A DNA stretch of 64,000 bases from Styela clava. Taxonomy: Eukaryota. A program made the translations under genes and the position numbers. Positions within the stretch are counted from its first letter, which is position 1, and each line of letters starts with the position of its first letter. Below the pieces are notes generated by a model. That model was not told where the DNA came from. It saw only the letters and a list, made by a program, of their open reading frames with translations, and did not search any database. The stretch spans positions 9,858,001-9,922,000 of the forward strand of contig NC_135251.1 in the NCBI RefSeq assembly GCF_964204865.1, read 5' to 3'. Shown piece after piece: positions 11,520-23,500 of this stretch.

Positions 11520-14500
11520 ATGCACATTGGTGTAAATTTGAACATGAGAAAGATAGCTTGGACAATTATCGTTGTATTTGTGTCAATATTGAAAACTGTG
11601 AGGCCTCAAGGTTTGTATCGTAGTATATTTTTACCTTAACCTCATGAAAGCCTGGTATCAGATTCGTCTAGTCTATGGAATTAAGAATTTTTACTACATT
11701 GCTAGAAAAAACATTCGAGCTTGTTTCAGTTAGAGTTGACAACAATTGTAACAACTAAAAAGGGGGGGGGGGGGGGGTCCAAGTAATGTAATAAACTATT
11801 TCAATTAGAATGTATGCAATCAACTAAAAATTCTTCCTTCTTCCTTATATTGACGTTTGACAATGAGACAGATTTAAAGATAGGTGTTATGCCAGAGAGT
11901 TTAGCGTGCCCAGATCATCGATAATTGGAAAAATTATAAATTTAATTTTGAGATTTGAATACTGTTTAGTTAGAGAATGTTGTGAATGTAGAGCACGAAA
12001 GTGAGGAGAAAAATAAAAAAAACTTTAGAATATTTTCATTGAAATATGTTAAATGATTTTGCTTAATATGAATAAATACCAACATTAGTAGAAAATACAA
12101 ATAATTCTGCAGTTGAACAAAAGCAAAAGGTCGTTTCACTTAGAAATATCATTTGATAACAAACAATTCTTTGGAGCTGGTGGCTGAGAAAGAAACTTTT
12201 CAAATCAGAGTTTTCAGAACTGATATTTCTGTATTTAATTCATGTATATATATACGACAATCATTTGCTAATGATGAATTCATTACAAATTTTAAGATAA
12301 ATATCCGTACATTACCGACATAAATTTTATAAATTCAATTCAATTAATTATTGTTGGGACCAATCACTCGCGATAATATAGATATGTGTACAACACGATA
12401 ACGATTGTTTGGACATTTTATGCACGTTTCAAATTTCATATATTGATAAAGTCTCTCCCATATTACTTTTATTTATTTTCAGATGAAACCACACTTTATG
12501 ATGGATATCTGTTCGAAAGATTCGACACACAAATGTTATCAAGTGACGCAGAAAAGCAATGCACGGTCAGAGGAGCGTGGCTGTTTGAACCCAAAACCGA
12601 TGAAATGTTCAACGAATTAACAAATAGTTTCATGTGAGCAATAAATCATTGTTATTGATAATGGGCTTATTTGTTTTTGCAACTGATTTAGGAAAGAAAA
12701 TCACAATAAATGCACCATTACACAGTTGATCTTTTTTCTAACACGTAGCAGTCTTCAATATATCATTCCCAAATGAGATGTCTCATTTTATAGTTTGATT
12801 TATTTATGACTGCTATTGTGATTGGAATGTAATGAACTAAAAGCTTGGTACGATGGAATGACAAATGAAACTATTCACCAACCATTATTTGAGCTACTAT
12901 ATGAACTCCGGTAATTTCAATAGAGCGAAATAAGAATTAATGTTATTCTGAATCGATAAATCAATATTCGGAACAATAAAATATCAGAGAATTATTCCAG
13001 AATTAATATTATGACTTTCACTATTTATATTTAGAGTTTTATCGTGTTTATGAGACAGATAATCGTTATATATAATAGTAAACTATGTGTAAAAGTAAAC
13101 GTTGTTCAAGAAATTCACAACCACATTGAAATGCTTATGGAAAAATATTTTAAATATTTTAATCAGACCGGCCGCAAATGATAAGTATTACTTCATGGGT
13201 CTCAGGAAGCTTGGCGGTGATTGGAGATGGAGCGATTACAGTGAGCCGACAACTACTCATTGGTGAGCTCGTTTAAATTAGTGCGAAGTATATTTTAATA
13301 TAAACACTTGATTTGAACGATTCATTGTTAAAATATCGGTAAATTTGTTGTTAATGAAATATTTGCTGGGTTGATTAACTCTTCAAGCCCCAAGGTCAAA
13401 TTCGAAAAAACCCACCTATACCTGCAATAATCCCCTAAATATGCTATGTTTTCAATTCGAACTCAAACGTCAACTACTGACCCTATAAACACGCATTCGG
13501 TAGCGTCTGAAAGAGGTAAACGAGTCCTATATTGCACTCCCTTTCATTTTTACCACATTCCAACCGACTCGCCGAATATGTAGGTCAAACTAATCGATGT
13601 TTTCACTCTTAGTAAATATTGGCGAAAATTGATCAAAATCGAGTGACCTTGAAAACGAAATACTCACAAAAAAACTATAAACGCCACGACCACCAAAGTT
13701 GGAGGCCAGAAACTACAAGCTATTGCGAATCTAGGAAAATTATCCCTTCCTGTCTAACCCATAAATTACTATTCATAAAGAGCATATGAAAATACACAAA
13801 AAATGAATTTTTTTTGTGGTCTCGGATGAAAAACAACAACTCAAACGAAAGAAAAGAACCAAACAGTGATAACAAATGATGAAAGAAATGAATTAAACTG
13901 TGATGATATATATATACAATGCATAAAATATAACAAGGATGATTTTAGAAAAAAGTGATATCCATCAAAACAGTGTATACAAAAAGACTAAAAAAAACAG
14001 TGTGGGAATAATCGCATCGAAAAATGTTTATATACAATGAGTGAAGAATAAATGAAAAAGAATGAATAAAAACACTGATACCCTGGCAATATAACATAAA
14101 AATCATTCCTCCCAATAATTTTGCTGAGTGTGATATTTTCTGAAACATGGCGTGACGCATAGTGGCACTTCGCACAAGAAGGTGGGGGCTCCAAGTGTAC
14201 TGGCTGAGTGTGTCTCGGGGTCACAACAGGCTCCGGTTGTGGGGGAGAGGGTAGTACGTATTCTTCTCGACTGCTGCGACGTCCTCGTGACCATCTTCTT
14301 TTTACTGGTCTGCCTCTCCTTGAACGAGTCGTGCTTGTGGACGCAGACGAGGTACTTGGCATATCTGAACTGCCAGAACTGGAGAATTGCCTTATAAATA
14401 TTGGAGTTGTTGATTCATCGGAAGAGGACGAAATGTCTTCCAACTCCCACTCATCTCCAGAGCTGTAAAGGAACAATTCTAATCAATCATACTGCACATC

Positions 14501-17500
14501 TGCTGACTTATATTTGAATATAGATATCAAGAACAGATTTATATGATATATAGGGCCAATATCTTCATTATAAGTGACTGCTTGCAATTTTAATCAGTCG
14601 ACTTTCCTCTCCCCCCAGGATAAAAAAGTAAATCCTATTCTTATTCTAATATTGTAATTTACAGTGTCAACAGCAGAATGAATATAAACTAAGCCTTCTG
14701 TCAAGGCTGTTGAAAAAAAAATAACAGGAAGTATATCAAAGTCACTTACCTCTCACCAAAATCACTTTCCACTTCGATTCCAGTAGATAATTCCATATTA
14801 AATTTCAAAAGACAATGCCGCTACGCTAACAGTTATCAAGCCAACATTCATAAAAGAGGTCGTCTTTGTTTACAAGCAGTATTTACAAGCAAAACGGCGT
14901 GTTCCCAGCGCCTAAATCGACTATATCACAAACAAATCACCATAGAAAATCGTCATTTTTCAAAAACATTGGGAGCACTAACATATCACGTGATGGCTTG
15001 ATGCCTTTTTCTCGTTATCATAGCGTTGTAGACGAGACGGTCTTTGTTTACAAGCTGTATTTACAAGCAAAACGGCGTGTTCCCAGCGCCTAAATCGACT
15101 ATATCACGAACAAATCACCATAGAAAATCGTCATTTTTCAAAAACTTTGGGAGCACTAAACAATCGCATGATGGCCTGATGCCTTTTTCTCGTTATCATG
15201 CGTTGTAGAGACGTAACGTCAGAATCGATTGATACCAAAACCAGGTCACACAGAAGCGTTGAACCGAAACAGTGAACCCGGAAAGCGGAAGGGATATATC
15301 GCCGGCTGGTTCGTTACCACGGCCACTAGGAGGCGATAATCCGCTGGCCGGGGCTTGAAGAGTTAAAAAAACGACTATACCCCATTAAAACAAAACATTG
15401 TTAAATAAAATAAAAAAACAAAAAGCAACATCACAAAAATCTCCTTGAATTTTAAATACACGTGTACAATATTCGGGATTTTAGAATGCGTGAGGATATT
15501 GAAAGTATACAAACGCATAGAATATATTTGTCCAGTTTAATAGTTGTATTTAACATTAGTGTAAGGCTTTATAAGTAATTTATACTCAAATATAATTAAA
15601 CAGGTCAAAACCTGGAGAATCAAATTTAACATTATAGTATCAGGCTTTATAAGTATAAATTTAAACTCAATTATTATTATACAGGTTAAATTCAAAAGAA
15701 CCAAACGAGTATGGTCAAGAATGTGCATGTGTTCTGAACAATAAATGGGTTAGCGTGGTCTGTTCCACGACTCCAAGAAGATACGTTTGTCAATCTCGTG
15801 AGATTATAATTTGTACATTCTGTTACTTACTCGACTCTGGAGTAGGGAATGCATTGCCTTGCAATCAAATGAATCAATGATAGTTAGTGCACGCAATGTT
15901 TTCTATGTGTTTCATAAATTTACAGCAAGATAGTAGGAGTATTCCAGAAAATGTAAAAACATAACGAGACCGTATAACTTCTCTGTATAGAGGAAGTGTG
16001 TGGAAACATTTCAAAATTGTAAACACAAAAGAACTGCTGAACAACTGATAGACACTTGGGTACTAGCCAGCATTTTGCAATGCATGGTAGCACAATGTTT
16101 AAACGTGATTATTTAACACTAACGGCAATTGAACCGATTTATATGTTCAAACAGTCGTAATTTCTCCACTTATCAAATTATTTTTTACATTTTATATTTT
16201 CTTGTGTATATTTAGTTCAACCTCCATCCTCAACAATAATACTTTACGGAAATCTTCTGGAAAGATTCGCCGAAGAGGTTCAAAATTATGCAACTGCTAA
16301 TGATAGATGCGCAATGAGAGGTGCTCAGTTGGTTGAGATAAAGGATAAAACTATGGACGATAAAATAATTGAATGGATTGAGTGAGTTATTAGTATAAAA
16401 TCTAATTTCTGTCATGAATGATATGTCAGATATCATTGCGAGTCGTAACAAATCATACCCATTACTGCAGGTCTGATGCAAGATCTTACCTGATGGGAAT
16501 ACAATATTCGACATCAAATGATGTGTGGGAATACAACAGCGACAACACAGCAATCACCTATGATAATTGGTATGTACTCGAAGCTTGGTTTATACATTCA
16601 TATATCGAAATAAGGTATGATTTTCATAAACAATTCGTATTTGCGCTGCAAATAGGCAATATCTTGACAATCTAAACAAAATGTTAAGAATACTTTTTTG
16701 CGTCAATATAGTGTTGATCATTTGTACAAGACCATTTTATTTATGAGCTTATCGACCTTCCATGATAATAAAATCTATTTAAATGGTAGGTCGTACTTCA
16801 TTTGTAAATTAGGTTTTACGTTTGAAAATGGCTCATTGCCTGTTTTGGTGTGAATTTGAATATGCCGAAAAATAATACCATTTCAAACTTTGATAACGGG
16901 CATATTGTATTTCATTGTACGTCGCGAAGTTACTGTGAAATTGATATCAAATTTGTTGTCTGTAGAGCAAGTATCAAGAGTGCAGCAACAAAATTGAAAA
17001 CATATGAACAATATAATCCGTGGAATGCGACTAAGATTTACAGTCATGATTTTTTAAAAACTTCATGACATATGAAAATCTGATACATACTTCAGAATGG
17101 TGAACTCTGATAAGGAAATATGGTTTAATTATAACCGGGGCATTTATATATGTTTATTTCATGTAAGGCGCTGATAACAGTCTCGAGATATTATTATTAA
17201 ATAAATAAAAATTCATTGACAAATATTATTTTAAACAATACCGATAACACGCATAAAATATAAAATTGTATGATCCAACGGAAAATACATTATTCAGTCA
17301 CATTTCCAATTAAATATACCTGGGACATTTCTCAGGTTTATCTTCTAGTCTGTAACACAATATGAATATTAGCTCTAAGTAATATATAATGAGAAAACAT
17401 CTGGCATTTTCGCTTGTCGGAAAGATTCGGGGTGCTAAGTGGGCTTCAGCCAAGATAATGTTTCCTTATTTTAAAATAAATATTCTACGTTTGTTATTAA

Positions 17501-20500
17501 TTTAAAGATGAGAGAATATTATTGATTCGGACATAAATTTTGACTTAAAATCATATTATTTCTTTTTTGTACGACGCCTATTCATACTTTCACTTAAATC
17601 CTTATGACTATTAACTAAACTATAAAACTTAATCTTCATTCAATGACTCGTATGTATTTGTTTACATTGAAGGAAAACAGGTGAAGGTCATGATACCAAC
17701 GAAGACTGTGCTTGTATACTAAGTGACGGATGGATCGATGATGTTTGTAGTAGTGGTACATTCAAATATATCTGTCAGTCATGTAAGTGAGTGATATAGA
17801 AATAAGACAAAAGTTCCTGTCAACACATTTTGAACTGGGTAAAACACAAAATATTTCAACGATTTGTGATATTGTAAAAACAATTCAACTGCAGGAATTC
17901 AAGTTTTTTGTTGTACGTTGCGCATGCGTCATATTACTTGCAGTTGCCACTGGATTTGATTTGCTACCACTTAAAAATAAAATATATAAATTCGTTATTT
18001 AGTTTCGTATATCAAAATGTGGACGTTATACATCTAAACTAATAAGTATTAACCAAACTTGTACTTGAATTAAAAAAGTATACTGACAAATCTTAACCTA
18101 TGTTCGAAGATAGGAAGCCGTTCTCGAAAATCGGCATTTGGTAAATTGTATAAACATTTCATTCAAAAATATCTTGTGTGAGATATAAAGAGTTTATCAT
18201 CAGTTTATTTTTTGATATAATTATAAAATCGTATCCTGATTCAAATGCTGCTGTTTCCATCATTATCGATACCGATCTAATCTATTATATTCTTACATCA
18301 AAGATCCGAGTGAAGCAACTACTCACAATGGAGATCTTCTTGAAAAATATAACAATAAAATAGGAAATGCAGCAGCAAGGAGTAGATGCTCATTGTGGAA
18401 CGGGACTCTTGTTGATGCAGATGATGCGACGTATAACAGTGCTGTACAGAATTTGATCGGGTATATTTGTTTTACTCAGTGTGGTTCTCAGTATTATGAC
18501 ATTGGTTGTGCATGTATTACTATAAGTTTTAAAGACGAAATACGACTAATCAGGCCAATCATTAATCTATCGTAACGTTACAATCTGCTATTGGGTTTAT
18601 GACATTGCAAATAGGCATCTGTATATTAGTACTATTTGTAATAAGTTGCGAATTTCAAACTGATTCAGACTTCATGCATGCATTTGTAAATCATTCTCAA
18701 TATTGTTATCACAGAAATGGAGTCTTTTATCATATCGGTTTGAAATATTCTAATGGGGCATATCGATGGACAGATGGATCAGCAACAACTTACTTTGATT
18801 GGTAAGATTTTATTCAGCCGTTTTGGCATTTGACATCAGTAGTCGATGTTTAACATTTACGTTCAGAACTCATTATCATCCTCGGTTCAAATACCTATGT
18901 TGTGTAATCATTACATAAATCGCAATACCATAGAATAAGTACTCAAAAAAATTATACTGAACTCTGAAACTTGTAGACTTTGAATAAAATTTCACGGAAT
19001 GTTCGTTTAATCGCCTTTCAATTACCACTCGTTTTTGATTGAATGTAAATGATATTTATGCGGAATTTAATTTTGAAAGTAATTACGACGTCCGAACAAT
19101 ACTTATTTATTGTTATGATTAAAAGCAAACTAAGTATTCTGGGCTTTTTTAATCTAACACAAATTATATTTCATTTTATATAAAGTAAAAATTTAACTAA
19201 AAAGGAGTTTAGGCAACTATTTAAAAAATTTATGAACTATAATAAGATCAAATTTATAGGGGCACTGGCGAAGGATCAGATGATGGCAAAGATTGTGTTA
19301 GGACCAATCAAAACGAATGGCGTGACACATCGTGTGGGGGTCCAATAGGATATATATGTCAATCTACAGGTAATATAATTTTAGTAAGAAGCGGTATTTT
19401 ATTTCTTTTATCATAACTAAAAAAATGTTTTTTAAACTTAAACGGCCTGCAATAGTATCCGAATTTTAACTTACATATACTTCATATGACAATTTAAAAA
19501 TTTCAAATCAGTATTTTTTTTATTTCAAATACCTGAGTTAAAACGACACTGAATTAAAATTCAACCACGGTTAACAAGATAATAAGAATCACAAAGCCGA
19601 AACTATTAGCCTTAGCGGTAAAATATAATAATATCAGTTTTTTGTTGGCATCTGCCGATAAGTAATAAAATGTTATCGCCTCATTCCGTATTTTTGGAAT
19701 TAAAAGACCCATAAAAAGTGGGAAATGAGTTTTCAAATTTTCTTTGATCTGTTTAGCTTATTGCACGCTCAACTCTGGCACTTGTCAAAATGAAGGAAGC
19801 TGTGTGTCTTATAGATGGTGTGAATGCGCCGATGGATTCTACGGCGATACCTGCTTAAGCAATGGTGAGTCCATACTCTATAGCGATTTATTGAATTGTC
19901 TACATCTTTCCAACATGATACAAGATACCAGTGTGAAAATATCTAAGGTCGACACTGGTATTGTTATGAAACTTCATTATTAAGCACTTAAAATGAAAAA
20001 TCTGTTTGCAACTAAGAGACTTATTATGACATCATAATAATATTTTAATCAATGACAATAACATCATGGCGACAGTTCCAGTCCTACAAACCTATTAAAT
20101 ACATTCATTAAATTATGAATAATCCTAATTTTGATTAGAATAATTATCTCGCCGTTAAGTTTAACAAATATTATTTATAATTCTTTTAGTTCAAAAGCAA
20201 TATTTTAAAGTATATAATTAAAATTCTTTGTAGGATTCTTTGCAATTAAAGTCGCTTGGCGCCTAGGGTAAACCTCCGCCGGTAGTTGAGGTTCGCGTCG
20301 GTTCTGGGTCGTTATTTAACAGGTATTAGAGTAACAAGAAAATGCGCAATCCAATCGTGCGACTTTTTTTCTTTTTGAGATAGCTAGTTTTCACTCCACA
20401 TTAATACGTTCAATATTATACAATATTGTAGATCTGTAACGGTAGCAAACTGCAAAGGTTGTCTTCGGTATTATTGCGTGAATGGTAATATTCTGCTGAT

Positions 20501-23500
20501 GATTGAAACAAGTTCAAATATAATCCCAAGTGTAATCTTTTCCAGTTTATATAATATCCAGATGGAAGATGGCTTGATCAGATAGGTGTTTCTCGCCACG
20601 AAATGTATAGCAATCTCGAAATTTTGATTCTCAATTTGGTTGACGCGATAATCGCAACAAGTGGTTAGAAATTTTCCAACGTGAGACGATTTTTTCGCTG
20701 CTGCTATGGAGACGAAACACAAATCCGGTCTTTGAGTAAAACGCATATATCAAGGTGACATGATAACTCATGGGAAAAGTTCAAGCAGATCGGTCCATCC
20801 GTTGGACTCTGCAGTTGGACACGCATACAGAAAGGTGTACATGACGATAAGTGCATGGCTAAGACAATACTACTAAACGCCTCACCAATCCCTTAGGCAG
20901 TGCAGTTTGATACCTTATCAAACACATTATAGCCAACCATTTCAAATTGGTGTGAACAGTTCAGGTTATTATTATATCACATTATTATTTTAGAATATTG
21001 TCCGAACAATGTGAATCCGTGTCAAAATAGAGGAAGCTGTGAGAATTCACCAGAAATATTTCCATACTATGAATGTGCTTGTACGCCGGGATATTTCAAC
21101 GACATCTGTTCTAGTGATGGTGAGTAACAAAATACGTAGTTTTGTTTTGTCTTTGGTTAAATATTAGGCCTACTTTATACACCCAAATACGATTAAAAAA
21201 AAACTGAATTGTCTTTTCGAGAACTCCTAACCATTAATACTTGTTATTGTTTGAATAGATATATAGACTTAGGTATGAATATTTCAAGGGTTCGTTGCTT
21301 TTTGTATACGATTTAGTAACAGACATCTGTAAACAGATGATGATAGATGTTGTTGAAAATTCTCTTTTGACAACTAATGGTGTGTTGAACACCTCGATGC
21401 ATTTATAATTTGACTCCAAAGTAGCTTTCAAAATATTTGTAACTGAAACTAATCGTGAATGACAAATTACACAATAACCTTAAGAACATTGATTTTATGT
21501 AGTAAATCTTTGAATAATGAAAAAGCAGAAACGTTTTCGAAACGTATTTTTCTTATATCTATTGAAATTCTGTAAAACAGAGCTATCCGTGTTATTAGTA
21601 TTGTTTAATCTTAATTCACCCTTAATCCCAACTAACATGATATGCAAATAATATGACTATCAAATCAGGTCCGATAAAATTTGTTTCGAATAATATAATC
21701 TCTCTGCATCAGCAATAAGTGTGCTTATTATGCTTATCTATTTTACTCATTTAAAATAATTCTACAGATATTATTCTAATTTAGCGAGAAATACGTGTTG
21801 TTCATTCATCTGCAAATAATGAAGAGTGAAAAAAGTTTACTCAAGTTCTATTCTCAATGGGAGAAATATATATTCACAAATTTTAATTTATTCTCTGATT
21901 GATGTAAACCTCACTTGGTCATACATTTTTGCAACTATATGTCACTTAGCAAAGTTAGATTTTTTGTAGAAATCCCCCACTACTGAGGCAAAAATGGGAG
22001 ATTTGAGAAAAACTCCCTCACCATGTTTTTACGTACTGCAGATTGCAATCGCCACGTTTCAAGTATTTGAGCCTTTGAGTTAAGAAAAGCCGCCGCCATT
22101 AATGCAAATTGTGAGAGAAAAATACCTCAGCCACGTTTTAGGTAATTCCACGTTCGCAACCTTTAGCACGACCCAAACCAAGACAGTGAGTTATGATGTT
22201 AAAGTATCTTACAAGATAATTTTACTTAGAATCGTGCGCTAAAAAACATATCGTCACTTTAATAACCGCCGAATTGCGTGAGTCATTTTTGGCGATTTTG
22301 AGTTTTTTATAAAATAGGTATTTATGTAATGCTGCGCACCTGTCTGTTAACAAAGTTTTTATTTTAAGAATTCCAAAACCCATATGGAGATTTGGTATGA
22401 CAGGCACATTTGTGCAATTGTTTCGTCATAATCAATTATCATTGATACCGCTGTACTATTGTGACGTCACAAAGGCAAAATTACATCGGCGAAGTATTTT
22501 CGAGTTTTTGCATCTCGGATTCTAGCTTAGCGCGTATTACTTTAAATTTATACTACAGTATAGGAAGACGTGCACTTGTAATATTCACTGTCCGAGTCCA
22601 ATCCACCTTGGTTGGCTTTTATATTGGGTGCATTGCTGTTTTATTCTTTATATTTAATATTAGTCCTATTTCGGTGGATGTGCAGAACGTGTTATATTGA
22701 TGAAATATATATTTTTAAACATAAAAAATAATGTAATTGGAACTGATTAGCTATTTTGGGGATTAGACTCTGTAGACACTGAGAATTACATTTGTTTTTG
22801 GAATGTTTAGTTTTCAGGACTGGTGCATATAGTAAAGTTGCAAAATTGCGTATGTCCCCAAGCCATAGACACATTTCTGCCTAAGTCACAGTGCGCCATT
22901 ATGACGCCACTTAACTGCGTTATACAAATTAACTTAAATCCGGCTACGATCAAAAAATGGAACCATGGCAAATTATTGACTCTCAATGGCTTAACAATAT
23001 CATTAGGAAGTTTTTTATACGTTTTTCTCAAAGCTGCTAAAAATGACTTACGCAATTCGGTTATTAGCGCGACGATATACTATTCGAATCTAAATCTGAT
23101 AAAATCGAAAAATCTCTACAAATGCTTGTCATGATATTCAGAAATATTGTCAAATTTATTGGGACTGCAACAATGTTCTTGACATATGAACAAAAGAGCT
23201 TTTATTTGAACGAGTCTATTGATTTTCATTATTTACAGCATTTTATGTAGAGACCAGTGTAAAGGTGACAATTTCATTTTGGTATTTCAGAATACTGTCC
23301 TAACAATCCAAACCCTTGTCAAAACGGAATCTGTGAGAATACACCAAAACAGCCTCCGTATTATGAATGTGACTGCATGCCGGGTTTCTTCGGATATAAC
23401 TGCTTTAGCGATCGTGAGTATCGTTAACTTGATTCGAGATGATTTCGCAATTCTTTTATGTTATGTTACTTAAGGTGGGGCACGCCAATATAGTGAATAC

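Larger units (their letters stand above)
13379..15362 (-). mobile_element. Non-autonomous, internally deleted piggyBac-family transposon (1984 bp) in a CTLD1 intron of gene 2
   Basis: TTAA duplications at 13375-13378 and 15363-15366. Perfect 13-bp TIR ctcttcaagcccc / ggggcttgaagag. Minus-strand remnant ends CEVPLCVTPCFRKYH, the piggyBac Cys-rich C-terminus. Empty site in gene 3 at about 35811-35830. Confidence 0.93.
12483..19369 (+). other. Three C-type lectin domains of gene 2, three exons each
   Basis: CTLD hallmarks: A..QC...GA.L, YFMGL / YLMGI / YHIGL (WIGL-like), WRWSD / YRWTDGS, C-terminal C..W....C....YIC. Sugar-loop motifs EPN/WVS, EGH/WID and EGS/WRD. Confidence 0.85.

Noticed and set aside
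11762-11777. Run of 16 G in gene 2 intron 1 as a regulatory G-quadruplex
   Set aside because: Absent from the paralogous intron, and homopolymer length is error-prone; no supporting evidence.
14152-14468. Plus-strand ORFs of 81 and 86 aa
   Set aside because: Antisense shadows of the GC-richer piggyBac transposase remnant.
20270-20860. Gene 2-specific intronic insertion with a 91-aa ORF
   Set aside because: Probably a decayed repeat (absent from the gene 3 intron), but its ends and class could not be defined and the ORF has no recognisable motif.
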